Notes: a model not told the origin generated them from the letters alone. Counted from the whole stretch's first letter, positions 35,702-50,090 are shown. The stretch is DNA of 63,788 nt, filler included, from Hausera hauseri (GCA_046269625.1; 11 parts of 11 records of this genome joined end to end with filler, not necessarily neighbours in it); one strand, 5' to 3'. Translations and numbers: made by a program.

Positions 35702-36986
35702 TTGAAGTACTGCTTTTATATAGTAAAAACAAGCCCTCTACCATATTTATCCAAACGATCATATCTACCAACATCTAAAGTCTTACGAAATGCAATGGCC
35801 ATTATTAATGTACAGAATGAGGACAATTTGTACTTCTTGTATTACATAATTGATGTGACAAAGTATTCTTCTATTGACAGTCATAGGTATCGAGTCACGA
35901 ATTACATTCCTTTTTTAAGTGAATTAAATTATTCCTTGAATGACATGCTTATGAAAATGTGCAACATTGGTAAAACTGAGAGACAAAATCCACAACTTTC
36001 CATTAACGTCTTTTTGTCTTATTATGAGGATGATGTTGAGTTTGATGTGGATATAGTAAAAATTTCATCTGTTGATATTTTGTATAGAAGCAAAAATCCG
36101 ATTGGTTCTGTAGTTAACTTAACAATTTTGGAAAATGATGATAAGTTCCACTGTATAGCAGTTTCTAATCTTAATCGACTGTTGAATATAAACAGTAAGA
36201 AAATCCGTATTCAATGTAAGCATTGGTGTGAAAAATGTTTGCATGGGTTTAGACTTGACACTGCTTATTCTAAGCATTTATCAATGTGCATGACTTTGTA
36301 CAAAATGCCGGAAAATAAGTTTTGTGAATTCAAAGACTGGTCAAAATCTATAAGTCCGCCTTTCGTTGTATATGCCGACCTTGAATCTGTTCTGTATCCT
36401 AACGATAAAGTCAGGCATATTCATTTGCATGCTGCAGTCGGTCTTTAGTTAGTTTCACCAACAGGTACTGAATATAGGTAATTTGTAGGTGAATGTTTCA
36501 TAGTTGAGTTCTTGGCTTATCTGGAGGAAATAGCGAAGAACTTCGTTTTTTCTTTCTACAAAAACGCGAAAAAAACGATGATTCCGTTAACCTTAGCTGA
36601 ATGGTATAAGTTTAGAAATGCCACTGCTTGTTATCTTTCCGATGAAAATGGTTCACAATTTGTTAGGGATTACTGCCATGTTACATGTAAATTTTTAGAT
36701 CCTGCTTGCAACAGATGTAACTTGACACGACAGATCAGATACAACTTACCAGTTACGTTTCACATTTTACGTGGATATGATTTTCATCACGTCTTAAAAC
36801 ACGCATTGAGTAAATTCAGCATTTGGGAATTAAATGTTATTCCACAAACAACTGAAAAATTTACGACCATGTTTGCATTGATAATATTTTTGGGTAAAAG
36901 TCTGTTAAAATTAGATTTCTAGACACTCTTCAATTTTTTCTAGCTTTATTAAAGACTTCAGTCTCTAACTGGGACAACTACCAATT
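35702..36986 (+). mobile_element. Second, divergent Polinton pPolB segment with endonuclease-VII-like insert, decayed
   Basis: SYLPTSKVLRNAMAIINVQNEDN; WCEKCLHGF...KH; PPFVVYADLES (Exo I); VRDYCHVTCKFLDPACNRCNL...FHILRGYDFH. Confidence 0.85.
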
Positions 36987-37086
36987 NNNNNNNNNNNNNN
37001 NNNNNNNNNNNNNNNNNNNNNNNNNNNNNNTTAATTAATTAANNNNNNNNNNNNNNNNNNNNNNNNNNNNNNNNNNNNNNNNNNNN

Positions 37087-37560
37087 CTTGGTCCAAGAAG
37101 GTTACATATCTATGATGGGATGATGGATGGCAAGAAGTATGTTAATATTATTGATGATAGAGTTGTACCTGAACTGAACAACAGATTTCCAGATGGTAAT
37201 GGAATTTTCCAGCATGATAATGCCCCCTGTCACAGCTAAAATAGTGAAAAACAAATTTCATGAAAGGGGCATCAATGTGATGAATTGGCCGGGGAACTCA
37301 CCCGATATAAACCCAATTAAAAATATGTGGTCAACAGTCAAGAGGCATCTAAAAGAGGAAAAAACCACCACAAAAACGCTGCTCATTGAAGCCGTTTTAA
37401 GAGTTTGGAACAGAAATAAAAACATACAGAACATGTGTCAGGTTGTGATTGAATCAATGCCAAGGCGTGTTAAAGCCGTTATTGAAGCTAAAGGAGTACA
37501 AACTATTAGAAGTACTTTACTGTATTTTTGTTGCATGAAATTGGTGTTAAATCAATAAAT
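37087..37560 (+). mobile_element. Tc1-family transposase C-terminal remnant
   Basis: IFQHDNAPCH, then after a frameshift NWPGNSPDINPIKNMW...ESMPRRVKAVIEAKG. Confidence 0.85.
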
Positions 37561-37799
37561 ATATGGAATTTCTGGGAATTTTCTTTTGTTGCCATAAATC
37601 TATCTGCTGGTGTGGTAGAGTAATTTTGATTGTTTTCATTGGCTGCGACGAACAGACATCCAAGTAGACTGATTAAGCCATAAAGATTTGAAAAAGATGA
37701 CATATTGTTAATCTAAACTTTGGCGTCATCAAATATAGTTATTTACAACACCGTTTTGTTGCGATTTGGTTGGATATAATTTTATTGTTATTCTTAAAA

Positions 37800-38960
37800 T
37801 TATGGTCCGTAGCTTTGGTAGCAAAACCTATGGACTGAGGTAATAAAGGCGTTTTTTGAATGGACGGCGTCAAGGTCTAAAGAAGGAGCTCGCCAAGCAA
37901 ATCAGTGTTTCGATAACAACAATATCGAAACTTCCGGAGAGTACAGATAAATGGAGTTGAGAAGAGAAAGAACCCTGGAAGACCACGTATAACCAACAGA
38001 TTTGTAGACAGAACACTGATCCGACAGTCGCAAAGCAACCTTCGACTGACACCAGTCGAGAACTAGCTGAGAACGATGGAGCAAATGTGTCCTTCCGAAC
38101 TACAGAAAGCTAGACTCCATGAACGACGTCCCAACAAGAAACCGCTGGTTTCTTTTAAAAGAGCTCGACTGGAGTTTGCACATGAACACTTCACCTGGAC
38201 GCCTCATCAATGGCGGGTGGTCTTCTAGAGCGACGAGTCAAAGTTCATGCTGTTTGGGAGTGATGGTATCTCATATGTCCGTCGTCCTAAAGGCAAACAC
38301 TTCAATCCAAAGTACAAGATTCCTACTGTCAAGCACGGAGGTTAAGTGATGGTGGGTTTGCCCACGGAGTTAGTCCTCTGAACCATATCAGTGATATCAT
38401 GAAAAAGGAGGAGTATGTGGAGATCCTAAACACTCATCAGGCCCGGTGCGCAGATGGTTTGACCAACGGAGAATGAAGGTTTTGGAGTAGCCAAGCCAAA
38501 CCCAGGACCTCAATCCCATGTGTTGGTCCATCGCTTGAAGGATGTTCATGCCAAAAATGTGGAGAAGTTCCTCCAGCTTGAGGAGTGGCAGAAAATTCCC
38601 CATAGCGCCATTGACAACCTAATTGACTCCATGCCCCGAGGATGCGAAGCTGTAGTTGATGCTCGAAGCTTTCGTACAAAGTACTAGATGCACGATACAC
38701 TGTGTGAAAAGTTACATTTTATGTTAAGCTTTCAGCATTTTGTAATATTGAATTCATACCTGCTGATTGTACTTTATTTGATAAATAAGTAACGAAAGCG
38801 ATTCTATTTTGAAAATCGCTTAAAGAATTTTAATAACGCTCTGTACAGTACTCTCTGCAGCTGTGATAGATAGCATATTTAAATTTCATCCAAATCCATT
38901 GAGTTTAAACGAAAATGTGCGCAAAAGCTAAAAGGTGAAAGATTTTTGGCCGCTACTGTA
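37800..38960 (+). mobile_element. Decayed Tc1-family element with right terminus
   Basis: DESKFMLFGSDG, VRRPKGKHFNPKYKIPTVKHGG, PSQTQDLNP, DSMPRGCEAV. It ends ...GGCCGCTACTG followed by TA (Tc1-type CAGT terminus and TA target). Confidence 0.8.
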
Positions 38961-39313
38961 TTTTAGAGAAATGTTTGATATAAAAATAATAACTGCCCTT
39001 CATATATAAGATTATCAAATTATTTTGATTAATAGAATAAATTCATCTTTACTTTGGATAGGTACACAGTCACAAATAGCCAAACAAGATGCTCGCTAAA
39101 ACATCAGTCGCTTATTTTTATTATACAGCCTCTTGCAATGTTTAAGACTATTGCATCAAAAACTGAAGATAATAAGAAAACAAAGAAATATATTTTACAG
39201 TAAAGTGCTTTAATATTCCATATCAATTCTTTGAGAAATACATACAATAAACAAAAAGATAATAGTCTCACATATTATAAGTCAGAATTTTGTACAATAT
39301 CCTTCAACCGCAA

Positions 39314-39545
39314 TCACCGCTTCAAGACGTTTTTGCATGGATGAAACAACCTTTGGCAACATTTCGGAGTAATTTCAGTGCACCAAACCGAAGTGATACA
39401 TTCCTTTAGATGATCTAGTAAAGATGGCTCTTCGGAAGCAACCCTAACTTTCATTACTGCCCATAAATGCTCAATGGGATTCAAATAGGACGAATTTCCA
39501 GGCCATTCCATGACTCTTGGAATTGAAGTCACTGGCTGACAATCT
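39314..39545 (-). mobile_element. Tc1-family transposase fragment
   Basis: VMEWPGNSSYLNPIEHLWAVMK...LKECITSVW. Confidence 0.8.
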
Positions 39546-39920
39546 TCGCACGGTGGCATGACGGTGACATCATTAGGATAAATATGGAACACGAGCGTGG
39601 TTCTGTGCCGGCTAAAGTGATTCAGTTTCGCCCTATTCAATTTTTGGATGGGCAGAGTTACAACCGATGAAAACACCAGTCTCATATATAGATGTAAATA
39701 ATTAGTATGGCTGGGCTTTATCACAACATTTCCCATTTGGGAATTTGTCATGGATTTACAATGAGAATACTTTAAGCAGTCTAATTAAGCAATTGCCTTA
39801 CCTTGACACTGTTAAGGAAAAACGAGGCTTAATGTTTGGGATTGGTATAAGTATTCCGTCTGATAAACATGACAAATTAGATCAACTACCTTTAGCTCCG
39901 ATTAATCAATGTCTTCCAGT
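39546..39920 (+). mobile_element. Third Polinton pPolB fragment (polymerase motif A region)
   Basis: SYIDVNN*YGWALSQHFPFGNLSW...IPSDKHDKLDQLPLAP, compared with the consensus YLDANNLYGWAMSQ.LP...LHD....PLAP. Confidence 0.75.
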
Positions 39921-39999
39921 GATTGAGCTACAGTTCATAAAGGGACAACGGGAGGAAGTTGGAAGTGTGCGATCTCATCAGATAGGACCAGTTGACTAT

Positions 40000-41840
40000 C
40001 CTGAGAGTCATTTGCGAGAATAACAGAAGTTAGTCAAAAAGATAGAAATTAAAGAGAAAAGAAGAGTGAAAAGAAAAAAGCTGGCTGTTGAAGAAACCGA
40101 AATAAAGGAGATCAATCGTAGATGAAATAAGCGGTAGTGGTTCATTACCAAATATAAGAGGGTAAAGTATAACACGGATGATATCACACACATTGTCATA
40201 GCCAGTCTAAGACATGTTACTGGGCTGAGACAGTAGAGATTGCAACAGCATTTGGTTTGATGGTCGTCGGGATGAAACAAATATCATGACACAAGAAAAA
40301 ATGGAAAAATTTATTCAGGAATGATAAGAAAAACATTACACAGTTTTTATTGAACCAGGAAGTAAATATCTATTGCTCTTTGTCCCTAAAAAAGCAACAA
40401 AAGAGAAAAGACTAGCTGAAATCATAGCTAATAATTTGGTACAGTGGCTGATAGTGCAAATAAAATTGTTAAAGCTATTGGAGGTGATGCGTGCAATGTT
40501 AACACTAGATGGAAAGAGTGATGCATTATGTTGAGTTAACGCTGGATGGAAAGCTGGTGTGGATTATCCGTGACCTTCATAAAGGAGAACTGTCTCTAAA
40601 GCGTTTNNNNNNNNNNTGACAGTATTGGATGGCAAATCATTAAGCAACAACAGGTGGTCAGGTCCACTTGGAAAAATGCTAGGCTCTGCCAGATTTGGAT
40701 ATAAATCCCGATTTTGTTCTCATATGCATTGGACCAGCCCTCCCCTAGCTAAGTGATGCAGTGATCGACAATTTAAGCACAGATCAGAGTTATGACATAG
40801 GATTGTCAATGCCATTAGAACAGGATTTGTACAAAACGATTTGGCTTTGTTACACATTGGATCTGTGTCACACAACAGGTAGATGACTATAACCCTTCGA
40901 TTTATGTGCACACGGATTTCTAGACATGATCTGGAAGAGAACTTGAATAAGTTAAGGATGATTGTAGAGTTCTGTGCTGGAGTATAAACATAAAGATAAA
41001 CAGTAAGTAGACGCAATGATCAATGCATCTGCTTTTGCAGTTACACATTAAAGGGACAGAGAATAAGCACAAGCAATTGTTATTCTAGCAGTAAAGAAGT
41101 CAGACTGGTATGACTTTAGTGAATATGTGAAGATGAGCAAGAAAGAAAGAATGTTAGTTGAGATATTGAACATCAGAGGTGAAGGAAATGATGCGACACA
41201 GGTGGGAGACAACAGTGTACGGACTAGAAGGACGTCAATCATCAACACTAAAGTGCCCTTTCCGAGCTCATTGACTGGACATCTGGAGTTTTTGAGTCAC
41301 CTTTGACCTGTTCCCTAACTACAACGCACCTTCAGGGGTTCAATTACAAGCCTGTCTGTTCCAGACTGGTCTTCACACAATCCATAAAGCGCTGTGTTAA
41401 GATGACAACAGAAGCATCCGCTCATGTGTTCAGTCAAGAGAGGCATGACCACTATATCAAAGGCCAGATGTTAGCCACAAACGTATTAGCCGGAACAGAA
41501 GCAAGCAGGAAATGGTTTCAATGCTTAAACTCAAAAATGTACATTACGCTGTGAGGATTGCAAAGATTCCTATAATGTTATATTCTAAGTTAGTCCCAAT
41601 GTTGTGTAATGAATTGTAAAAATAACGATCGACAAAAGATTTATTACTTTGAAATTAAAGATTATCCTTTCCAAGCATGAAAGTGGAATCTGTGGGACGA
41701 ATAAATCTGTGACCCGAATTTCCCTCGGGTCACGATCGAGTTTTTAAACGAGTTATGTTCGTAATCTGAAGATCTAGTATGTTGGGAATAACGATATTTA
41801 AGATGAAAAGCGATTTTCAGTGGATGGTGCAGGTGACTGG
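40000..41840 (+). mobile_element. Second hATm-like transposase pseudogene with subterminal palindrome
   Basis: WFDGRRDET, IEPGSKYL, AIGGDACNVNT, WSGPLGKML, LSTDQSY, TQSIKRCVKMTTEAS. Palindrome GTGACCCGA-N7-TCGGGTCAC at about 41708-41732. Confidence 0.7.
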
Positions 41841-42559
41841 AGAACATACATATCCAAAAAACTGCAATACCATAGAAATAAAAGGCAGTTTGTTGATTTG
41901 GATGATAATAATACTTAATGGCCTCTTGACATAAAAATTTAAATGTAAAATTGAGTTCAAAAGGATACATGGAGAAAAAATTAGTTGAATTGAATTTTGA
42001 CTAAAAATTTTATTCTGAAGTTAGCTGTCATTCCTTTTGCTTCGTTCATGAAATTTTATTTAACGTATCTGGTGAATTTGAACCACAACGGAAGTCGGGA
42101 AAATACAATGCATGAAACTACTGAGTCTACTGTGCCAATAATGAAATTAAATTATATTGATAAATTTGTCTCCTAGAAAGTTAATTCCAAGGTTCGTTTT
42201 GATCACAAGATAAAGAATACACGAAAAATTGTAACTTTGTATTACTTTCCTGGCCANNNNNNNNNNNNNNNNNNNNNNNNNNNNNNNNNNNNNNNNNNNN
42301 TTAATTAATTAANNNNNNNNNNNNNNNNNNNNNNNNNNNNNNNNNNNNNNNNNNNNATTCGCCAGTTTTCCTTCCCCACGATGACGTGTTCTCTTCCCAT
42401 TGGCTTCCTTCCTTCCCTGGGGGGGTTTGGGGCCAAGTCCTCACTTCTAACTACTGAGATGGTCATTAATAACTGTCTCCAACAAATGATGAATATTTGC
42501 CGACGTAAAATTCTCATTTGATGTCAAGATATTAAATGATTCTTTTAATTTGGACGAAT

Positions 42560-44068
42560 TGTTCGATAATGACAGAAATTTCAAAATCTGATTTTCCATT
42601 TCCAAATATGGCATATTCCCACAAAACTCGTATTTCTGCTGTTGTTCTGAGAGAATTAAATGAAGTTTTAAATAAAATCAACGCATGATATATTGTGTGT
42701 ATCAACCCACTGATTTATCGATTGAATTTCGAACGAATATTTAAACCAGGACACATACTGAATATATCGAAGTGGTATAATGATGGACTCGAAGTTGACC
42801 AGATATCCAGACGTCATCATTAATAGAAATATTATTGGGGGACTGACAGCCAGAGCTAAATCCAAATTCATCGTTACAGTTGAAACGAAATACCCCAATG
42901 ATACTGAACATTTACAAACCAAAATCACTGTAAAATGTAAAACAAAGAAATTTTCAACTGTATGCGTTGTGTAGATAAAACCGTAGGTACATGAAGTAAC
43001 AATTCTGGGTAACAGAATATATAACAGGAAATCCGTTATGTTCCGACTAATAAAATATGTATCAACTCTATAGAGTCCGACATTATGCTATTGGAAAAAG
43101 ATCGGCAATTCACTTGGAAGTGCATTAAGAACAGTGAAAAAAATGTTAAATGTCATCATTGTGATTATCAAATAATTGGCTCCGTTTAAATTGAATTGGC
43201 CTTTGGCATTGTCGTACATTTGTTGAAAATAGACCAAACCGATCATTATCGACAAAAACGATATTTGTCCGACTCTCACAACAAATAAGTTTGTGTCGCG
43301 AGCTAAACTTAACCAATGTCGCCAATGCAAAATCTTTAGTTGTCTTGTCCAGCTGACTTTATATTTAACGGACGCTATAACTGGTGTTTGATCCAGTAAC
43401 GAATGGTCCAGATTTTGATTGAATTCAAGGATTTCCTTTTGGATTTTTTTACATTCGTCTGTTTTCTGGTATTTCGATATTAACGTTCGGATCGAATATT
43501 TATCATCAAGTTTGTGATCTTCCGAACTAACGCAGTAAACGTAGTGATCGGCAGGATGGAAATTTGCAGGACATGGTAAACCACATGTTTTAAAAAACGT
43601 TGTTGCACCTTTTGTAGATCCCATATAAACAACATTTCCTTCACTTAGTATCAGTAAATCGTCGAACATGACATAAGTCTCGGAATTTGGCTGATGGATG
43701 GTGCAAAAAATAGTTTTGTTCTTCTCGTCATTGCTATCTTCTAGTACCGTTGTTCCGCTTTTCAGATTTACATGTGAACTTGATTTACTGACAGTTGACA
43801 TGGAACTAAAAGATGTTCGTTTTTCAGACAATGAACTAGCATTCGTACTAAAGCTGAAACGTTCATTCTTGCTCTTAGATGTATTGTTAGATGGAGGCTT
43901 AAACTTTTCAACGGAAATATTAATCGAATGACGAAGGTCATGATCATTCTCTTGCTTAATATCAAATGTAGACGTAACCGTCGGATCGAATTTTTTAGCC
44001 ATTTTTCTCGAATGGGATAAGTCAAAGATAAACAGCTCTTTGAATGAATGAATGAATGCTACCACCAT
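42560..44068 (-). pseudogene. ABCG/white-family half transporter, intronless, NBD core deleted, internal stop
   Basis: TIFCTIHQP...FDDLLILSEG..VYMG, CGLPCPANFHPADHY, ELPIFFQ*HNVGLYRVDTYF, YVSWFKYSFE...NQW. No Walker A, signature or Walker B motif upstream. Confidence 0.85.
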
Positions 44069-44404
44069 GGAATTTATTCATAACTTGGACCAAGGAATCA
44101 AATCTGGAAAGATGTGATAATTATTATAAACACAGTGTAGAATGTTGTTAACAATTGGCCACATGCCGTGTTCCAGATGTTTTGATTTATTTTTCGAATG
44201 TTAGCCGCTGCTTTTTATTGCGATAAATAATTGAGGCTACGAACATAACAATAAAGAAAATTTGCAGAGAATCTTCTCGATTTGGTTATGGTTTAAAGCA
44301 TTCTTCCCATGTTTGGGCAATTTTCTCCTTTAGATTGCTTTCTCTGAATAGTAAGGTAAAGAATTTAAAGTATTTTCATCGGTTGGAACAGTTTTAATAA
44401 CGTC

Positions 44405-45660
44405 ATCCCACAAAATGTTCGAGGCGGGAGATAGGGACTCGCCTATGGACCCGACGCGCCGGCAAAGGAGGCCCGGCCGTGCCCAACCAAATGGTCCAAA
44501 GGGCACCGGCCGCTGTGGTCACCACATCATCCCCCCGTGGCAAAGTGAAAACTATGAAGATTAAAATAGATGGAAAGAAACAAGCGCTAAACAAAACAGT
44601 GTATTTGTCAGCTGATCTTAGTGCGGACAAGGCGTTGGGTACCTTCTACTGATTTTTCCCTGCTATACTTGCTGAATATAACTCGGCGTGTTTTATCTCT
44701 TTGCGGTGTGTTTGCCTGCAGAGTTTGAAGCTGGGGAAAATTGACGGTTTTGTTGTGTGTTGTGTCATGCAAAAACGAGTCAGAAAGAAGAGAAGGAAAA
44801 GGCGAAGGGCGAAGAGAGATTGTTGAAGATGGATGGTTAAGGGTATTCAAGAGAGTGTTAGAAGACGGAGGAATGATGAAAGTGTAGTGGCGGATAAAGG
44901 AAGAAAGAAAAAAGTTGGAGTAGAAGTTAGAATTGAATTTTATGAAAGAGTGGAAGTGGAAGATGAAACAGAGGTAGAGGTAGAGAGAAAAAGAGAGATA
45001 GGTATAGAATCAAAGCGAGGAGGAAGTTTCGAAGCGGAAGTAAAAAGGGTAAAAAACGATGTGTGAGGAGAAAAGTAGAAAGAAAGCGTCGGAGATGAGG
45101 AAGGTGTGGAAGGAGGAGAGAGAAAGAGAGAAGACCGCGAAGAGGTACCAAACGGAAGAGAGCGAGAAGATGGAAAAGGCGAAGGAAAGTAGTTAGAGAG
45201 TGGTATGCAAGAGGTTGGAATGATGACATGGGTAGATGGGGAGATTGGTGAAGTCGAAGTGATGTTTTATGGAGGAGGTACTGTAAGGGAGAAAGCAGGT
45301 TGTTATGAGGGGATGAAAGAACTGTGAAAAATCTTGAAGGCGCAAAATCGGATGGGGAAAAAGCGGCTGAACTGTCAAAAAATTTGAAGTAGAAGTCTTG
45401 GGAGAAAACATAGAGGAAAGTGGGTAAAAGAATTGAGCAGAGATGGAAGGTGAATTGTTGGATTTCTGCGCGTCGTGTAAGGATGTTGGTGAAGAAGTGG
45501 TTGCGATGGGAGACGTATGGTCGATGAAGAAAGCCGGCTTAGCGTTGTTGATGTGAACTGTTACTTTTCTGTCATCTTTGAGTATGATGATGTGGGAGTG
45601 TAAGCGAATTACTTTGTAAGGGCCGATATACTGAGGCTGAAAACCGCACTGGTTCATCTT
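44405..45660 (-). mobile_element. CsRn1-type Gypsy copy 4: IN tail, S/T/P-rich extension, PPT and 3' LTR
   Basis: PQYIGPYKV...VHINNAKPAFF; RRVIFSKYSREKSVEGTQRLVRTK; GGGGGGATGA then TGTGGT at 44526. Confidence 0.85.
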
Positions 45661-45874
45661 TCACACCATTCTAAATCATAACCTTTTTTCAGGCTTTCCC
45701 TATGTCATTTTAGTGCTTCTTAGTCCGCTAGTTTTTTGAAATTGGTTGCATGTGGCGTACTCGTTGCCTATTAAAAATGGCATGAGCGAGTTTCGGTTCT
45801 GGCACTATGGGTTTGATCCCCATCTGTTTTGGTGCGACGTTTACACTACATGCAACCACGCATTTGCTTCTTGG

Positions 45875-46261
45875 TTACTGTAGGATTTCAATGAAGTCGG
45901 GGTATCTTGAATGCACTCCTGGTGCGACTGTATACCGGTGCGGTAGGAATTTGGTTGTGTATTGTCGTACGTTCCGTTTCCGGAAGTACGGGCGTTGGGG
46001 TGGTGTTTCAGTTTGGACCGGGGTTGGGTCATATACTACGGGAGTGTCCATATTGAATGGATCAATTTTTTCGTAGCTTTCTCGAAGCTTGTCTTTTACT
46101 GACATGCCTGGTTCGTCTTGTTGGATAGGATCTTCGGTATCGGAATCATGGTAGCCGAATGCTGGTTTTATATTCGACAAGTAGACTATATGTTCGTCGT
46201 TGTCGCGCAGTATTTTGGCGTTGTGCTCAGTGATTTCTGTGAGCTTGTAGGTATTGTTCAA
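45875..46261 (-). mobile_element. Integrase C-terminal tail of a different LTR element
   Basis: YKLTEITEHNAKILRDNDEHIVYLSNIKPAF resembles a GPY/F module. Confidence 0.5.
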
Positions 46262-46974
46262 TAATTCCCTTTTTCATAGGTTTAAACTCGATATTGGGAT
46301 CGCAATCGTCCGATTCATTTTTTTTATTCACAAATTTTTTATGTGGCACGAAGGAAACACAATTCATCCGGATCTGTAAAACCGAACTATCCCATTTGTC
46401 GAATTTTTCTTTTATCCGACTTTTTCATGTTACTTTCATTCCAATTTGAAATTCGAAAACTATGGAAAGCTGTTGACATAAACGACACTGGAACTTTGTA
46501 AAATTCGTCTTGAAATGACACTCCATAAAAACTGGGATTAATAAAATTGATTGATTGATTAAGTCGTATTGTTTCGTAAATTTTCGTTTGACGCTGCATT
46601 TTGTAAGACAATCGGATAATGTTGATGCAGAAATACTGTAAACAACAATTACGTTTATGCATGTTATAATTTGTGCCTTTGCAACTTGACACCACCGTGG
46701 CCCAATGTGCATCAATTGATTTACCAAAATAACAGCTGGTTTATCTCGATTAACTCCGTCGAAAAGGCGAGCCAGCACTATTTCTTTCCTGACCGTAACA
46801 CGAGGCATTTTTTTCAATTCATTTTTAATTTCCATTTAAAAAAACTCTGACAAAATATACTGCAACAGAATGGCACAAAATGTAAAATTCGTCAAAAAAT
46901 GGCCAAAATGATTTAAATTTTAAACTGTGTACAAAATTTATTGAATATTTAAACAAATCATTTATATTAATCAC

Positions 46975-47110
46975 ATTAAATACAGTCAGAGGTGTTCCAA
47001 TTGGACTATTTTCGCTGTTAGCGTAATATAGAGCATTTTCAAACATGGCGGAATTTTCGTTTATATCTACAACTTGAACCAGAGCATTTGTTTCAGCAGA
47101 ATTGTTGTTA
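46975..47110 (-). pseudogene. Cadherin-repeat fragment
   Basis: LVQVVDINENSAMFENALYYANSENSPIGTPLTV matches the DxNDN..F...Y....EN.P.GT linker. Confidence 0.55.
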
Positions 47111-47399
47111 CTAGGACCAGTTTTGTTTGCAAATAGTCACATTTAAGATGCCGAATAATGACAAAATATTTGGATTTTCTGTCTATATATTTATTAAAAA
47201 CAAAATCTGATGAAATCAATCAAGAATGTTATAAAATCTGATTTCNNNNNNNNNNNNNNNNNNNNNNNNNNNNNNNNNNNNNNNNNNNNTTAATTAATTA
47301 ANNNNNNNNNNNNNNNNNNNNNNNNNNNNNNNNNNNNNNNNNNNNAATTGTTTTACTCACAAAATTTGAATTTTGCTTCATCATCTTGAAATTCAGAGT

Positions 47400-49260
47400 G
47401 ATAAAAAATGCACATCCGAATTTATCGATTTTCGAGTATTAAATTATTCGAACCGATATTCGAACTTCTGACGTCATAATCCTACTCATCATAGGTAATT
47501 TCCTATCTACCTACGCTTAAATATTTATCGATTTTTGTGCCGTCCATCTTGAAAGTCACGCTTTAAGTTAATTGAAGCACACATACTTGTGAATTTTGGT
47601 TTTTTCAATGTTAATTTATTTGGTAACAATTCATCGAACGGGGCCCATTTTGTTTATTTATAAGGTTTTCGACATGCGGAATCGATCAAAGACATCAGAT
47701 TCTTCTAAACACGTAGGTTGCATCGCGTTTTCAAGTTCGAATATCGAAATTATCGATTTCAACTTATTTTCAAATATACGACATCGGATTCAGATTCCAC
47801 ATGTATGTTTCCTATCTTTGTATGCTTAAAAATTTTTTGAATTTTGCTTCTTTAATACAAAAAAGATTTATGTACCTTCTTCCTCAGTTGGCACTTCGAG
47901 TCCATATTGCTCGATAACCAATTGATTGATTTAAATTCGTATTGCACGGTTGTATAGAATACCGTTTTCGCAATATATATGAATCAGTCACATGTGCTAA
48001 TCATCAATATTGGAATTAATGGAAAACCAAAATTGTTGATTTGTACCCATTTGCACATATGCACTTTCACACACTTGAGCACTATCAACTAGCACTTTAA
48101 CCGATCGATAAATCGATCGGGCACTGTGCAAAATCATAATTGAAACAAGCAAGTATCATTGATTTGCTCATAGGTTTTCATACATGAGGAATCCAATGAA
48201 TGCACTAGATTATTCGAATAATTTACATTTGATCGATTTTCGAGTTTAAATCAATAACTAATCTATTGCGAATAACGCATTCAAATATCTGACATCGAAT
48301 TCGAATTCGCCATATGTGATTTACTATTTGTGTGCGCTTAAAGATTTATCGACTTCAATGTGATTCAGCTTCAATTTTACCTCAATTGCACAAACAAAAT
48401 AAGCATATAGTATTTTTGACATAATTTTACCATATTGGAAAACCTTGTTTTAATACACCGCGGTGCATTGCACCGCGCCAATTTCGATTTGTTTGTAGGT
48501 TTTCGCAAATGAAGAATCGAATGACGCCATCAGATTCTCCGAATAACGTGCCATTGACCAAGTTTTCCACTTCAAATAGCTAAATATTCGACGTTTAAGT
48601 TCGACTTCGAATATATAATGTCATATTCCGATTCGTCATATATGATTTCCTATCTGTATTAGGTATTAGATTTATAGAGTTTTACTTTACTGAGCTTAAA
48701 ATGCGCATTTTTCTTAACTTGATTTATTGATTTTATATTTGTATAGCACATTTTCATGAAATAATTGTAATGGATTTAGGGGCTTTGGCACATGGAAAAT
48801 TGAATGACGGCATCAGATTTTTTCGAAAAATTTGAAGTTCGATATTCAGGCAAACAAAATTCCGAGTACCTGGCTCGATATTGGAGATCTCCATACTCTG
48901 TTTCTTATCTATCCCCACTCAATGTAATATCGAATTTTGATTCCTTAAGACCTAAAAAACCTATGGACATTCGCCACAACCCGCACATTCGAGTCGACAT
49001 TATTCGAAAACCATTCGATCGATATAAATTCTAATTGCACATTCGTATAGTACACCATTTTTGCACTCGATACACTCGGTGCAATGTGCTAGTCATCAAT
49101 ATTGGAATTATCGGAAATCCTATATTATTGATTTGAGCCAATTTACATGTGCCGGTGCACTGCACTGCGCACCAGTCGATGTGCACTATCGACTAGCTCT
49201 TCGTGCTAATCGATTCGATCAATACTCTACTGTGCAACGGTCAGTTTGTGAAATGTGCAA
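47400..49260. repeat. Diverged tandem array of ~130-nt cores spaced 300-500 nt apart, with a ~1.1-kb higher-order duplication
   Basis: Recurrent TTTTCRAGT...TTTCCTATCT...GCTTAA-type blocks at about 47425, 47725, 48235, 48560 and 48860. TGTGCTA.TCATCAATATTGGAATTA occurs at about 47993 and 49085. Confidence 0.65.
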
Positions 49261-50090
49261 AAGTGCCATGGCAACGATGCATAACGGCACCGTTGCTATG
49301 AACATGTGCCGATCGATTGTGCTCCGGATTCAAATACCGATTTAACGATTACCTCCCCTCCCGGGGGTGGTGGCGAATGCCCATTTTCCCCTACTGTTTT
49401 GGTGGCATATTTGTTCTTCGAAACAAAAAGAAAACAATCACTCACGTAACGTTTGAAGAAATCAAAGAATTGACTGTTTTTTCTTTTTCTTTATGGTGGA
49501 CCTAAAACAGATGGTCAGTATTTCGATGACGCTGGGCACAGAAGATAAACCTTCTAATTGAGAAGCAGTATTGCTAATTACAACTCTTGTGATATTTATA
49601 ATATCGCCAACCACGAATGGTTTTGTATTCAACTTTAAATCTCCTCGTCCTGCTTTAAAATTTAAAAGATAAATTTCAAACTAATTGATAAAGACGATAT
49701 TATACAACAACATCCGTATTTATAGGCATTTCAGTTGAATTTTTGAAATATTCTTAAGAGGGTAGCATCTGCTGAAAGTTTTGTAACAAATGTCTAGACT
49801 TTCAGTTTTAATTTTATTACCTAGAATACAACTGCAAGTCAATTTCCATATACCGTTAAACTTAACCGCACATAGTTTATTTGTAACACCATTCAGTTTA
49901 ATCTCCAATACAGTTCAATGTAATTTATACACATTCATCAACAACACATCTCGACGTCACGTGTATCAATGTTAAAATAGAATTTCAATTTAGTATATTT
50001 TTCAAAGTTAATTCGTAGCAAAAAATTAAAAATACTTGACACTCAAAATATGAAAGTAATGATATGTTGGAACTGTAAAAAATAATTCCA

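Noticed and set aside
43088-43090. Stop-codon reassignment (TAG/TAA at expected Glu positions in ABCG, CDC5L and Gypsy RNase H)
   Set aside because: The same regions also have frameshifts and deletions, other TAGs replace Tyr, and PI3K is intact under the standard code. Ordinary decay explains it.
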